Shown: positions 1 through 10,604, counted from the first letter of the stretch. The stretch: DNA of 64,000 bases from an uncultured Alphaproteobacteria bacterium (GCA_963738825.1 CAVTYB010000008.1:18449-82448); one strand, 5' to 3'. The notes: generated by a model from the letters alone, not told the origin. Numbers and translations are program-made.

Positions 1-447
1 GGCTGGGGTCCAGTCATCGGTCTCGAGCGCTGGCGGTTCGTCGGAAGCGGAACGGTCGGGCTTCCGTGGGATATCAGGCTTTCGACGATCGTGACCCTGT
101 CGTCCGGCGCGTCATACGGCGGCGTGTTGTGCAATGTTCCTTCCACCGCGCCGGGCGGCGGTGGATGCTACCTGACCAACTTCGGCGTCTATCGGCCCAA
201 TGGCATTGGCTACAAGAATGTCGATTTGAACATCTCGAAGTCGTTCAAGATGCCGTGGAATCACGGGCAAGAGCTGACCATCTATGGCCAGGCGCTGAAT
301 TTGTTCGACTTCGTCAATCGCACTTATTCGCAATGGACCGGCGGATTCCAGAACGTCGGCGGGCCCGGACCGACCTTCTCGCCAGACGCGGGAACGGTCG
401 CGAGCCAGGGCCGCAACTTCAAGATCGGAGCCAGGTTCACGTTCTAA
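1..447 (+). CDS. TonB-dependent receptor, C-terminal part (5' end outside window)
   Basis: Ends ...GQALNLFDFVN...GRNFKIGARFTF: the NLFD motif and terminal aromatic beta-signal typical of TBDR barrels. Confidence 0.85.
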   Translation, partial: GWGPVIGLERWRFVGSGTVGLPWDIRLSTIVTLSSGASYGGVLCNVPSTAPGGGGCYLTNFGVYRPNGIGYKNVDLNISKSFKMPWNHGQELTIYGQALNLFDFVNRTYSQWTGGFQNVGGPGPTFSPDAGTVASQGRNFKIGARFTF

Positions 448-464
448 GATTTCCTGCACTGATC

Positions 465-497
465 GGGAGGGAGGCGGCATCGTCTCCCTCCCTTTTT
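465..497 (+). terminator. Rho-independent terminator after the TBDR
   Basis: GGGAGGGAGGCG-GCAT-CGTCTCCCTCCC hairpin followed by a T run. Confidence 0.8.
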
Positions 498-502
498 CTT
501 GG

Positions 503-1195
503 GTGCGCCAAGTGAAGCCCGAGCTACGCCGGGTCGGTAATAGCCAAAGCCCTGTCGTCGTGATCGATGAGTTCAGCGGCGATCTCGGCCGCATCATGGA
601 GATCGCGGACGCGCTCGCGCCCTATCCGGCCGACACGACCCTTTATCCGGGCCTAAGGCGCATCATCACGCTCGCCGACAAAGCGGCCGATGCCTATGTC
701 GTCGAGACTTGTGAGCGGGCGGGCCAGTTCATCGCCGGAGCGTTCGACGTCGATAGCTTCGACCTTCTCGAGGCAAGCTTTTCGATGGTAACAACGCAGC
801 CCTCAGAGCTGTCGCCGCCACAGCGGGCGCCGCACTTCGATACGACCGACCAGAAGCACCTCGCACTTCTTCACTATCTGCGCGTTCCAACCGGTTCCGG
901 CACGGCCTTCTACAGGCAGCGCGCAAGCGGAATCGAACGCGTGAATGAAGCAAATTTCGAACGATTCATTCGTTCCGCAAAGGCCGATTCGGCCCGGCTT
1001 CCACCCAGCTCAGGGTATATCCAAGGCTCCGACGATTTCTTCGCTCAGATCTGTGCAGTCGAAGCGGTTCCCGATCGCCTGATCATCTATCAGGGGAGCC
1101 TGCTTCACTCAGGCATCATCCCGCCGGACATGAATTTCAGTGCCGACCCCCGTAAAGGTCGCCTCACGGCCAACCTCTTCATTCGCGGCCATTAG
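503..1195 (+). CDS. DUF6445-like protein, putative 2OG-Fe(II) oxygenase fold
   Basis: PVVVIDEF, YPGLR, PHFD, GTAFYR, LLHSG, GRLTAN motifs; usual neighbour of sphingomonad TBDRs. Confidence 0.7.
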   Translation: MRQVKPELRRVGNSQSPVVVIDEFSGDLGRIMEIADALAPYPADTTLYPGLRRIITLADKAADAYVVETCERAGQFIAGAFDVDSFDLLEASFSMVTTQPSELSPPQRAPHFDTTDQKHLALLHYLRVPTGSGTAFYRQRASGIERVNEANFERFIRSAKADSARLPPSSGYIQGSDDFFAQICAVEAVPDRLIIYQGSLLHSGIIPPDMNFSADPRKGRLTANLFIRGH

Positions 1196-1202
1196 AGCGG
1201 CT

Positions 1203-2624
1203 TCAGCCTAGCCAGCCTCCGGTGAACCCGGCTCGGACCAGGCCGCGGCGGATCGCCGGCACGCGTCGCATGTGCCGCCAGATGAAGTCGTCGCGATAGT
1301 TGGCCGCCTGGAGCAGGATCGGTCCCTGGTCGATGCCGAGATAGTCCTTGGCGACCCATCCGTACCGCGGGTCGACTGATCCGGTGTCGACCTTCGGGTC
1401 ACCAAAGGTGAAGCTTGGATTGAAGCTATCCTTGAAGCCGTAGCGGTCGAAGACGCCCGGTTGCCTCCGCAGCGCCTCGGCGCACGGAATCACGATTTCC
1501 GGCGCGAAGGGCAGGCAGCCTAGCGCCGAAACTGGCGAGATCGTGCCGTCGTCCATCCCGTCCGGCTCATTCGCTGGCCCGCGCGCGCTATAGCTGTGGA
1601 ACAGCGCCGTCCGGCCTTTGAACGGGAGCGGCAGGTCACCCGGCCCATCGCAGGCGCTGAGCCCCCAGACATCGCGCGAATAGCCGTCCCAGCCCATCGG
1701 GTTGGCAATGCACCAGGCGCGGTTCGCATAAGTCTCGCGCCGACTATTCTCGAAATAGTCGAACCCGGCCTTGCGCATCACCGCGTCACGAATGCCGCCG
1801 AAATCGATGAAGATCTGGCTGTACTGACCGGGGAACAGAGGCGCGAAAGCGATCCGCCGGGTCGGGCCTTCGCCGCGCCAGAAGCGCGCATAGGGCGCTG
1901 TCCATTGCTGCCACAGGTCGGCCGGCCCCGGGTGCGTCGTGGATCCGAGCGCGAGGATGTTGACGAACATGCCCTCGTTGAAGCCGACCCAGTTTGCGGG
2001 AATGAGGCCGGACTCCGGATGCCAACCCATCGAGATCGGTTTTCGGCCGTCGCTTCGGAAGAAATTCCAGTCGGCGCGCTCGTAAAGTGCGCTCGCGAGC
2101 CTTCGGATTTCGAGTTCGCCCGAATCGTCGCGATCGTAAAATTGGGCGGCGAAGAGAGCCCCCATCAACAGGATCGTGGAATCGACGCTCGAAAGCTCCG
2201 TCTGCCGAAAGCGGACTCCGCTGTTCATGTCGAGGAAGTGGTAGAAGAAGCCCTTGTTCCCGGTCGTTCCGGCGGCCTCTGGACCCTGCGGCGCATTCCA
2301 GAAGAAGCGCAGAGTCGTGAGCGTAAGGTCGCGCGCTTCCACCCGCGAACACCAGCCACGGGCAGCACCAATCGCATAAACGGGAAGCGCGAAGCCTACC
2401 GCCGCGATGCTCGAGAAAGAGGGGCTGGGCCATCGGTCGGGCACGAGGCCATTGCGAGCGTTCACATGGTCCCAGAACCAGAGGAACGTGCGATGCTCGA
2501 TTTCCTCATAGAACGGAGGAAGCGATCGGGGACGTACCTGCCTTGCCCCTAGCGGAGCCGGCAGCATCGAGTTGCCGATCAGAAGCGACGAAGCCTGCAA
2601 AAGTTCGCGACGGGCGATTTGCAT
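1203..2624 (-). CDS. Tat-exported glucoamylase-like/GH144 family (endo-beta-1,2-glucanase-like) glycoside hydrolase
   Basis: ARRELL Tat signal; GLVPDR, SIAAVGF, GFFYHFLD, WGLSACDGP, YGFKDSFN, YLGIDQGP motifs. Confidence 0.85.
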   Translation of the reverse strand: MQIARRELLQASSLLIGNSMLPAPLGARQVRPRSLPPFYEEIEHRTFLWFWDHVNARNGLVPDRWPSPSFSSIAAVGFALPVYAIGAARGWCSRVEARDLTLTTLRFFWNAPQGPEAAGTTGNKGFFYHFLDMNSGVRFRQTELSSVDSTILLMGALFAAQFYDRDDSGELEIRRLASALYERADWNFFRSDGRKPISMGWHPESGLIPANWVGFNEGMFVNILALGSTTHPGPADLWQQWTAPYARFWRGEGPTRRIAFAPLFPGQYSQIFIDFGGIRDAVMRKAGFDYFENSRRETYANRAWCIANPMGWDGYSRDVWGLSACDGPGDLPLPFKGRTALFHSYSARGPANEPDGMDDGTISPVSALGCLPFAPEIVIPCAEALRRQPGVFDRYGFKDSFNPSFTFGDPKVDTGSVDPRYGWVAKDYLGIDQGPILLQAANYRDDFIWRHMRRVPAIRRGLVRAGFTGGWLG

Positions 2625-3610
2625 CAGTCGTGCGCGCCGGTCGTCGTTCGGATGACCAGCTCCGGCGTGTGAAGCTCGTCGCCCCCCGAGCCGTCCTTTC
2701 CAACCGAGTCCAGTAGTCGAGTCAGCGCGCGCTCACCCAGCTCTGCGATACGTACGCGCACGGTTGTTAGACCCAGGTGTCTCGCGAGCGGAATGTCATC
2801 AAACCCCGCGACCGCAACCTCCGCCGGCACCTTTAGCCCCGCTGAACGGAGCGCCTGAAGCGCACCGATCGCCATATTATCGTTCCCGGCGAAGACGGCG
2901 TCGAACCGATGACCTCTCCGAATAAGCTCCTCGACGAGGCGTTCGCCCGACCCTTCCTCGAAATCGCCCCGAAGCACTTCACAGTTGACGCTGCGATCGG
3001 CACAGGCACTGCGAAATGCCATGGCGCGCTCGTCGGCGTCGATATTCCCTTCGGGTCCGGCGACATGCACGAGCCGTTTGCGTCCAAGCGCGACCAAATG
3101 GTCGACCACTGCTCGAACGCCTGCTGCGTTGTCGACATGGATCGCCGCATGCGGGCCGCTGCCGTCGCGCGTGTTGATCAGGATGGAGGGAAGGCCCGAA
3201 GGAAGCGAAGCAGCAAGGTCGTCCGCGCCCAGTTGGGGCGCCATGACGATCAGGCCATCGACTCGGCCGCGCATCGCGCGAAGCGCGAGCGATGCCTGCT
3301 CCGGACTGCCATGCAGGTTCGACAGCAGGAGCAAATAGCCTCGGCGGCTCGCCTCCCGGTCCATGCCGCGTACGATCTCGGAAAAGAATTCGCCGTGCAG
3401 GTCCGGAAGAACGACCCCGATCGCGTTGGTCCTGGCGAGGCTCAGGCTTCGCGCTCCTGCATGCGGAATGTAACCGAGCTCGCGAACCGCCTGGGCGACC
3501 TGCTCTTTTGCCTTCTCGCTGACATTGTCGAAGCCGTTCAGCGCGCGTGAGACGGTCGCAACCGAGAGTTGCGCGCGGCGAGCGACATCGCGGATCGTGG
3601 CTTCGGGCAT
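2624..3610 (-). CDS. LacI family transcriptional regulator
   Basis: ATIRDVARRAQLSVATVSRALN HTH; VAGFDD sugar-binding domain motif. Confidence 0.95.
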   Translation of the reverse strand: MPEATIRDVARRAQLSVATVSRALNGFDNVSEKAKEQVAQAVRELGYIPHAGARSLSLARTNAIGVVLPDLHGEFFSEIVRGMDREASRRGYLLLLSNLHGSPEQASLALRAMRGRVDGLIVMAPQLGADDLAASLPSGLPSILINTRDGSGPHAAIHVDNAAGVRAVVDHLVALGRKRLVHVAGPEGNIDADERAMAFRSACADRSVNCEVLRGDFEEGSGERLVEELIRRGHRFDAVFAGNDNMAIGALQALRSAGLKVPAEVAVAGFDDIPLARHLGLTTVRVRIAELGERALTRLLDSVGKDGSGGDELHTPELVIRTTTGAHD

Positions 3611-3706
3611 GCGCTTCCTCGAAGTTGCGGTTTGGCCGGCGCTTATCGACCGCAAAAGGCGTGAAAGTCACGCCCGCGACGATTGCAATTACTTGATGGC
3701 TGGGTC

Positions 3707-3722
3707 ATGTAACCGGTTACAT
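3707..3722. promoter_or_regulatory. LacI-type operator
   Basis: Perfect 16-bp palindrome ATGTAACCGGTTACAT with central CG, between the divergent lacI and GH3 genes. Confidence 0.8.
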
Positions 3723-3796
3723 AACCCGTCGAGTGGACGATCGAAATCCTGCTGTTTAACGGCTGTTGCGCTCGGTCCCGTATGGAGAGGTAGTGC

Positions 3797-6085
3797 ATGC
3801 TGGACACGCGCATCTCGCGCAGAGCGATGGTCATGGGCGCAGGAGCGGTTGGCGCATGGCTTGCGAGTCCCGCGCGGGCGCTCATGCAGGCTGCCGGGAA
3901 GCTCGATGTCCCGGCCTTCGTCGCCCCTCTTATCGCGCGCATGTCGATCGAGGAGAAAGCGGGGCAGCTGCAATTGATGGCATCTGCTTGGGGCGGCGGC
4001 GCGGCGCTGAGCCTCAATCCGCCAGGCAACGGATCGGATTTTCAGCAACAGGTTCGCGAAGCCGCCGAGGGCCAGCTGACCGGCGTCTTCAATGGCAGTG
4101 GAGCGAAGGCCGCGGGGATCCTTCAGTCCGCGGCGGTCAAGCAGTCGCGAATGAAGATTCCGCTGATTTTTGGGGCCGATATCATTCACGGCCATCGGAC
4201 GATCTTCCCCGTACCGCTGGCTGAAGTCGCGAGCTTCGAGCCTGACCTTTCCCGCCGAACTGCCGAAGCAGCAGCATTCGAGGCATCGGGGGCGGGCATC
4301 GACTGGACCTTCTCACCCATGGTCGACGTCGCGCGCGACCAGCGTTGGGGTCGCGGCGTCGAGGGTGGCGGCGAAGACCCGCTGCTCGGCAGCCTGTTCG
4401 CGGCCGCGCGAGTGCACGGTTTCCAGGGATCCGATCTCAAGTCGAACGAGCAACTGCTCGCCTGCATCAAGCATTTCGCAGCTTATGGCGGCGCGGAGTC
4501 CGGCCTCGATTACAGCGTGGTCGACATTTCCCAGCAGCGGCTGCTCGAAATCTATCTCCGCCCCTACAAAGCCGGATTCGATGCAGGAGCGCTGTCTGCA
4601 ATGGCCTCGTTCAACGAGATCAACGGCGTGCCATCGACCGGCAACCACTGGCTGATGACCGATTTGCTTCGCGGCGAATGGGGCTTCCAGGGATTCGTCG
4701 TTTCCGATTACACCGGGGATCAGGAGATGATCGCTGCCGGCTTCGCGAAGGACGAGCGCGACGCGGCTCGGCTCGCCTTCCTCGCCGGCGTCGACATGAG
4801 CATGCAGAGCGGCCTCTACCGTCAGCATTTGCCCGGGCTCGTCCGCAGCGGCGAAGTGCCCGAAGCGAAGCTGAACGAATCCGTCCGGCGCGTGCTCGCG
4901 CTCAAGGCGATGCTGGGCCTCTTCGAAGATCCATTCCGGCGGATCTCAGAAAAGCGCGAGGCCGCGCGATCGATGCTTCCGAAGGCTCGGGCGTTGGCTC
5001 GAGAGGCGGGACGCAAGGCCATCGTGATGCTCAAGAACGATGGCGATCTTCTGCCTCTGCCCCGTTCCGGCAAGCGCATCGCCCTGATCGGTCCGTTCGC
5101 CGAAGGGCCACATGATCTCGTCGGTCCATGGGTCGTCTACGGCGACGATGCCAAAGCGGTCGATCTCGCGAGCGGCGTTCGCGCTGCTGTCGCGGACCCG
5201 TCCAGCATCATCGTCGCTGAGGGCTCGGGCGTTGAAAAGCCGCTTGCTGGCGGCATCGAGAAAGCGGTCGCCGCGGCGCAACAGGCCGATCTGGTCGTGC
5301 TTGCGATCGGCGAATCCTTCGAGATGTCAGGCGAGGCGCAATCCCGGACCGAAATCGTGGTCCCGGAACCGCAGCAAGAGCTTGCCGAAGCCGTTGCCGC
5401 CGTCGGCAAGCCCGTGGTCGTCGTTCTGAAACACGGCCGAGCATTGGCGCTGGAGGGCGCGGTTGCCAACGCTCCCGCAATCCTTGCCACCTGGTTTCTC
5501 GGAACCGAGACCGGCAATGCGATCGCCGACGTGCTGTTCGGCAAATACAGCCCCTCGGCTCGCCTTCCCGCCAGCTTCCCGTGGAAATCCGGCCAGGAGC
5601 CTTATTACTACGCTCATAAGCCGACGGGGCGGCCGAACCCACCAGGCGAGCTGCAGCCGTACAAGGCGCACTTCCGCGGGATCCCGAACAGCGCGCGCTT
5701 CCCCTTTGGACACGGCCTCACCTACGGGAAGATCGCATATTCCGGCCTGGCGCTGAGCGCGCCGACAATGCCGATGAACGGAAGCATCGAGGTTTCCGCC
5801 ACAATCACCAACTCCGGTTCGCGCGCAGCGGAGGAAGTCGTGCAGCTTTACATCCACGACCAGGTTGCGAGCGTCACCAGGCCCGTCCGCGAACTCAAGG
5901 CGTTCCGCAAAGTTGCGCTCGGGCCCGGCCAGTCCGAAACCGTGCGTTTCACGCTGAGCGCGGCCGATCTCGCCTTCTATGGCGTTCAGGACCGGCCGAC
6001 TATCGAGCCTGGCAGATTCGACGTTTGGATCGCTCCGTCGGCGCAAGCCGAGGGAACCTACGGAACTTTCGACCTGGTCGCCTAG
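3797..6085 (+). CDS. bglX: GH3 beta-glucosidase (BglX-like), Tat signal, C-terminal Fn3-like domain
   Basis: SRR signal; DIIHG, RDQRWGR, KHF, VVSDY nucleophile, FPFGHGLTY, EVVQLY, RPVRELKAF. Confidence 0.92.
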   Translation: MLDTRISRRAMVMGAGAVGAWLASPARALMQAAGKLDVPAFVAPLIARMSIEEKAGQLQLMASAWGGGAALSLNPPGNGSDFQQQVREAAEGQLTGVFNGSGAKAAGILQSAAVKQSRMKIPLIFGADIIHGHRTIFPVPLAEVASFEPDLSRRTAEAAAFEASGAGIDWTFSPMVDVARDQRWGRGVEGGGEDPLLGSLFAAARVHGFQGSDLKSNEQLLACIKHFAAYGGAESGLDYSVVDISQQRLLEIYLRPYKAGFDAGALSAMASFNEINGVPSTGNHWLMTDLLRGEWGFQGFVVSDYTGDQEMIAAGFAKDERDAARLAFLAGVDMSMQSGLYRQHLPGLVRSGEVPEAKLNESVRRVLALKAMLGLFEDPFRRISEKREAARSMLPKARALAREAGRKAIVMLKNDGDLLPLPRSGKRIALIGPFAEGPHDLVGPWVVYGDDAKAVDLASGVRAAVADPSSIIVAEGSGVEKPLAGGIEKAVAAAQQADLVVLAIGESFEMSGEAQSRTEIVVPEPQQELAEAVAAVGKPVVVVLKHGRALALEGAVANAPAILATWFLGTETGNAIADVLFGKYSPSARLPASFPWKSGQEPYYYAHKPTGRPNPPGELQPYKAHFRGIPNSARFPFGHGLTYGKIAYSGLALSAPTMPMNGSIEVSATITNSGSRAAEEVVQLYIHDQVASVTRPVRELKAFRKVALGPGQSETVRFTLSAADLAFYGVQDRPTIEPGRFDVWIAPSAQAEGTYGTFDLVA

Positions 6086-7408
6086 GCAGTGGCGCCCGCA
6101 ATCTCCGGCGCTTCGGTCGACCGTCGCCCGAGCGGGTTCATCACCATCGCGATGCAAGATAGCGCGAGGAAGGCGAGCGGCGTAATTGCGACCGTCATCC
6201 GCATGACCGTCAGCGTTGCCACCGACTGCACGGCGTTCGGCACATAGCCCGCAGTTTCAAATCCCCAGCCAAGGATCGCCGTAGCAATTCCAATTGCGAT
6301 CCGTTGCAGCAGCGCTGCCACACCGAACACCGTTCCTTCGACGTGGAGCCCGGTCGCCCGCTCGCCATATTCGATCGTGTTCGGAAGCATCGCCCAGAAG
6401 ACGAAGTTCAGGCCGACGCTCATGACCTGCATCCCCACGAGGAACAGCTGCATCGCTCGAACCCCGCCGAAGGGAACGAGCGTGAAGAAAAGCAATCCGG
6501 CCATGCCGAGGCTTGCGGATAGGAGCCACAGTGCCCGCAAGCCCGACGCGGCGGCCGATCAGCATCCAGCATGGAATTGCAATTGCGCTCACCAGTCCGA
6601 TGGCCGCCAGCGCAAGCTGGCCCGCATCAGGGTCGCCCAGCAGATATTTGAAGTAATAAAGGACGGACTTGTTGAGCACCGTGACGGCAACGATCATCGC
6701 CATCATCGCCGCATTGAGCGCGACGAAAGCACGGTTGCCAGCGAGGCTCAGCAGCGCGGCCTTGAGGCTTGCCGGGGTCGGCCGGTGGATCTCGGCGCTC
6801 TCATCGTAGGTCATTCCGACGACGATGAGAATCACCGTCCCGATCGTCGCGAACAGTGCGGCGGCGCCGAAATAGGCCCGCGCCGCATCGGTGCCCGTCA
6901 GCCAGCGGCCAACCGGCACCGTACAAAGCGCGACGACGACGACGGCCGCAGTCCCGAACAGCATGCGCAGGCCGGCGATGAAGGCGCGGTCGCTGGGCTC
7001 GGCGCTTATCCTTGCGGACATGGCAAGATAGGGAACGTTCACTCCGGCATAGGCAGTGCGGAAGAGCAGGTGGGCGCCGAGCACCCAGATGGCTGCCCAG
7101 GCGCCGCTCGCCAGCGGCGGGAGATAGGTCAAAATGAAGGTCAGGCCGAGGGGGACCGAACCCGCGACCAGCAGCGCCCCGTAACGAAAGCGGTCGTGCC
7201 CCCGATCGACGAGCACACCGGCGGTGAAATTGGCGATGCCGTCCCAAACCGACGCGACCAGATAGGTCGTCGCCGCGATGCCGATCGGAATGTTGAGCGT
7301 GTCCGTGTAGTAGAAAAGCAGGAAGAGCATGATGCTCTGCCAGTAGAGATTGAAGGCAAAGTCGCCGAAGGCGAACAGCGCCAGCCGTGGACGATGGAGC
7401 AGTCGCAA
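6082..7408 (-). CDS. MFS glycoside-pentoside-hexuronide:cation symporter (frameshift near 6540)
   Basis: FAFGDFAFNLYW, LLFYYTD, NVPYLAM, WAMLPNTIEYGE...EG motifs split over ORFs 6257-7408 and 6082-6540. Confidence 0.85.
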
Positions 7409-7469
7409 GTGCAGTCGTCCTCTTGCCCGAACAGATCAGCTGACCAGATAAGGATTTTGGACGAACCGG

Positions 7470-7486
7470 TGGCGGAGACGGAGGGA
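7470..7486 (-). repeat. att site: 17-bp duplicate of the tRNA-Ser(GCT) 3' end
   Basis: TGGCGGAGACGGAGGGA is identical to 10667-10683; followed by tandem TTTTGTAGCA repeats (7548-7570) resembling integrase arm sites. Confidence 0.85.
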
Positions 7487-7585
7487 AACTAACCCCGCAG
7501 AGCAAAGTCTCAACATTTCAATGGCTTAGACAGACATTGTCTCCGATTTTTGTAGCAACATTTTGTAGCACTCCTCGGACGGCAA

Positions 7586-8071
7586 TCAACGACGCTCGCC
7601 GCAGAAGTGCTGAATATTCTTGTCGGCTCTCGTGCTCATTCCCGCGAAAGAAACCGCTCCAACACCTTCTTGAGGTAGATCGACGAAGAGGGTCGGCCCA
7701 GCCATTCCTCCAAACCCATTTCTAGAATTGACCAAGCCGCAAACAGCCTGCTGGCGATCCACCATCACGATACGCAGACCCGTGAACTCCGCGCTATCCG
7801 GATCGCGCAATTCGGCTTTGACCATCACTTTCGCGATGTCGAGCGTCGCGTCTCGATCCGCGTCGGCCTGCTGCTGTGCGCTTGCGCGTTGTGCCTCTGG
7901 GGATGCTTCATAGGCGGCTTGTCCGTAGCTTCCCGCAACGGGCATACCCAAAAAGAAGAGGGCACCCAAGACAAAGAACCATTTCCTCTGCACGTTGAGA
8001 TAAGGTCTGATTAGACCCCATGTCGCCGCCAAAAACCCCAAGAGTGACGCCACGAACAGATAACCAAACAT
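7586..8071 (-). CDS. Membrane-anchored hypothetical protein (two TM helices plus periplasmic domain)
   Basis: Two hydrophobic N-terminal helices; LRDPDSAEF...VCGLVNSRNGFGG motif. Confidence 0.7.
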   Translation of the reverse strand: MFGYLFVASLLGFLAATWGLIRPYLNVQRKWFFVLGALFFLGMPVAGSYGQAAYEASPEAQRASAQQQADADRDATLDIAKVMVKAELRDPDSAEFTGLRIVMVDRQQAVCGLVNSRNGFGGMAGPTLFVDLPQEGVGAVSFAGMSTRADKNIQHFCGERR

Positions 8072-8129
8072 CAGGTGCCCCCTGAATAAGAAGGAATTGC
8101 TTGCCGTCTGCTCGTCAGCGACGGCGGCA

Positions 8130-8996
8130 TCAAATGAGACGCTTGTTCCCGAACGGCCCCTCTATGGTCAGGCGTGTGATCTCATTTTTCGCTGTATCGA
8201 AATCACAAAAATAGCGGTGCTTCAGCTTCGCACCGAAAGCGTTGGTGGCCTTGAAGCCGCGCACCACTTGAACGGTGTCACCCTTCCCGAAGGCATAGTC
8301 CCAATGCCAGTCCATGCTGCTGTCGCCGATGAGCGCCTGCTGGACAGCCGTGTCGCAGTTCGAGACGACTTCCGCTTGGCTCGCTGATTTCTGCGCGTCA
8401 GATGCTGTGCAGGCTTCGAGGTTCTCCTCCGTGCAGCTTGCTGAAACGTCGTTGAGCGCCAACGCGCCCGTGTTCTTCAGTTTAAGAGCATCTGTCGCCT
8501 CGCCTGCCGTGATCACGAACCGATTGCCATTGTCGCAGTCCACGAGCCACACGGGCGCACCCTTAGTGCTCTTATCGGGCGACACCGCGCCAGACGTGAC
8601 CTTGTCACAGTTCGCGCTCTCCGCAGCCGCGTAAAACGCGCCCGGTTCTAGCTTCCCAAGCCTACTGAAAGCGCTGGCTCCGACCGCCTTGAAGACATCT
8701 GGACTTTCGCCGCGAGTGTATTCGGCCCAGCTATGAGACGCCTCTTCGACCTTCGCCAAGATGGCAGCTTGATCGTTGCGAACACCAGAACTTGGCTGAC
8801 TGCCATTCTTGGCGCTCGCCGCGTTCTGCGGCGCGTCAGGTGCAATCACTAACATGGCAAAGAAGACGCCCACCGCCGCGACGGCGAACCAACGTCGGCG
8901 GACCCCGCGATATGGCCGGATGACACCCCATGCTGCTGCTAGGAACGACACGAAACACGCGACAATCAGAAAGGACAAAACGCTACTCACCGTCAT
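8130..8996 (-). CDS. Membrane-anchored Cys-containing hypothetical protein
   Basis: 288-aa ORF with N-terminal TM pair similar to 7586-8071; C-terminal FKATNAFGA...YFC. Confidence 0.7.
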   Translation of the reverse strand: MTVSSVLSFLIVACFVSFLAAAWGVIRPYRGVRRRWFAVAAVGVFFAMLVIAPDAPQNAASAKNGSQPSSGVRNDQAAILAKVEEASHSWAEYTRGESPDVFKAVGASAFSRLGKLEPGAFYAAAESANCDKVTSGAVSPDKSTKGAPVWLVDCDNGNRFVITAGEATDALKLKNTGALALNDVSASCTEENLEACTASDAQKSASQAEVVSNCDTAVQQALIGDSSMDWHWDYAFGKGDTVQVVRGFKATNAFGAKLKHRYFCDFDTAKNEITRLTIEGPFGNKRLI

Positions 8997-9033
8997 ACTC
9001 CCTCGTCGGCGACGCTTTCCTTAGATCGTATGC

Positions 9034-9489
9034 GTGAATGAAAAGTTTTTGTTCTCAGGGCGACGGAGGATCACCAGATTTCCTCTTCTATCATCCGTCC
9101 TTTGCGTGGCATGCGTCGCCGCTGTTAAGCCGGAGACAGGGGTATCGAGTTGCGTTCGGTCTCAAAAAAAAGAGTTGTTTGAGAACGTCTGGAGGAAGCC
9201 TCTCCACAAGGTGGCGGAGGAGCTTCAAGTTTCTCGTGGGGAGATTGCCCGCGCTTGTCGCGAGTTCGACATACCGCGACCGCCAGCCGGTTACTGGACG
9301 CAGCTTGATTGCGGGTATGCGCCTACAGGTCCCGGTCTGCCCACGAACCACTTCCGAGAAGACACGATTGCTCTCGGAAAGGAAGTTGCCCGCCTGCCGC
9401 CCAATCGCGGAGCGGCGCATCGTCAGATCCTTCTGTCATGTCTCTTAGATAGCTATCGATCTATGGAGCGAAGAAACGCGTCCAAATGA
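9034..9489 (+). CDS. Island-associated HTH-like hypothetical protein, probably a fragment
   Basis: ELFENVWRKPLHKVAEELQVSRGEIARACREFDIPRPPAGYW resembles a conserved motif seen in mobile-element proteins; start uncertain. Confidence 0.5.
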   Translation: MNEKFLFSGRRRITRFPLLSSVLCVACVAAVKPETGVSSCVRSQKKELFENVWRKPLHKVAEELQVSRGEIARACREFDIPRPPAGYWTQLDCGYAPTGPGLPTNHFREDTIALGKEVARLPPNRGAAHRQILLSCLLDSYRSMERRNASK

Positions 9490-10230
9490 GCTTCGATGTA
9501 GAGGCTTGGAGCATTTCCGTCGTCGTAGCCGTGAAGCATGTCGCACAACTCGTCTACGGTTAGATGCAGAACAAGTTTTCCTGCGTCGCGTAACGCGCCC
9601 CGGCTCGCTTCATGCGCCTCCTTGCTCGGCCCCGTTGGCGAGATGATTATCGCCGTGCCACGCAACGCGGTGGGGTAAAGATATTTCTCTGTGATGTGGA
9701 CGAGGTTGGGTTTGATCCTCGCTCCGTAGTTCTTGAACTCGAAGAGAACGAAGCGGCTTCTGAAATCCTCGATCAGTGTCCTGCTAAAGACATCCACACC
9801 GACGACTTTTGCCATCAGATCGAACCGTCCGCTGTCACCAACGGGTTTTTGCGTTAGCCAGTCCTTGAACTGGTCTTGAAAGAGAAACCGGACAACCTCG
9901 ACGCCGACATCCTCAAAATGGCGCCAAGAAGATTGCTCGATGCCGTCCGAGGACGTGAATGTTTGTTTTCCGGGCGGGATTTCCCGCAACCGAGCACAAA
10001 GATCGCCACCAGGAGTAGGGCGCGGTCGTCGCGGTGCGCTCCAGAAGGCCGATTGTAAAACCGGGTTAGATCAAATGCCTCGCGGTCTGGAAGCCTGCGC
10101 GGCGGCTCGGCGAAATCACGCAATGATGAGGAGAGTTCACGGTCGATGTCCAGAAGCTCGGCGGCGCGTTCATCATTGCCGGATAAAACGCCGAGCAGGT
10201 CGTCCAGCGTCAGAACAAATCGTCTGTCAT
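9453..10230 (-). pseudogene. PD-(D/E)xK restriction-endonuclease-like gene, N-terminally truncated and frameshifted
   Basis: GRFDLMAK...VLFEFKNY catalytic pattern and AIIISPTG in ORF 9453-9989; protein-like upstream segment (FVLTLDDLLGVL...) in another frame. Confidence 0.6.
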
Positions 10231-10604
10231 GCGTAAAGGGAGGTGCCGAGATCAGCCTCCCGGTCGAGAAGCCAACTTCTGACGGCCCGCTCGATCTCTT
10301 CGCGGTCTGGCACTCTCTTCAGCCGCGCAAGCTCTACGACGCTCCTCTTTTGCCTCGACCTTTGGCGGGCCTCGTCGATCAGCCGGTCGCAATAGGCGTT
10401 AAGGAACGTTGCGAGTTGCTCTGCCTCTCGACGCGTTACTCGGCCAAAGCTCTCCACCTTCTCGGTAAGCCCGCCAAAGTTCCCACGCGCTTCGGGCGGT
10501 ATCCACCTACGAAACTCGAAGCTGCCTCCGCGCAGACGAAGGTTTTTTGCAACCCGTTGCACGACCGGGCGCGAACGCCGTTTTGTATCACTCATATGGA
10601 GCAC
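10227..10604 (-). pseudogene. DUF6538-type N-terminal fragment of a tyrosine integrase
   Basis: NLRLRGGSFEFRRWIPPEAR...ESFG...RREAE motif directly beside the tRNA 3' end; no catalytic domain follows. Confidence 0.6.
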
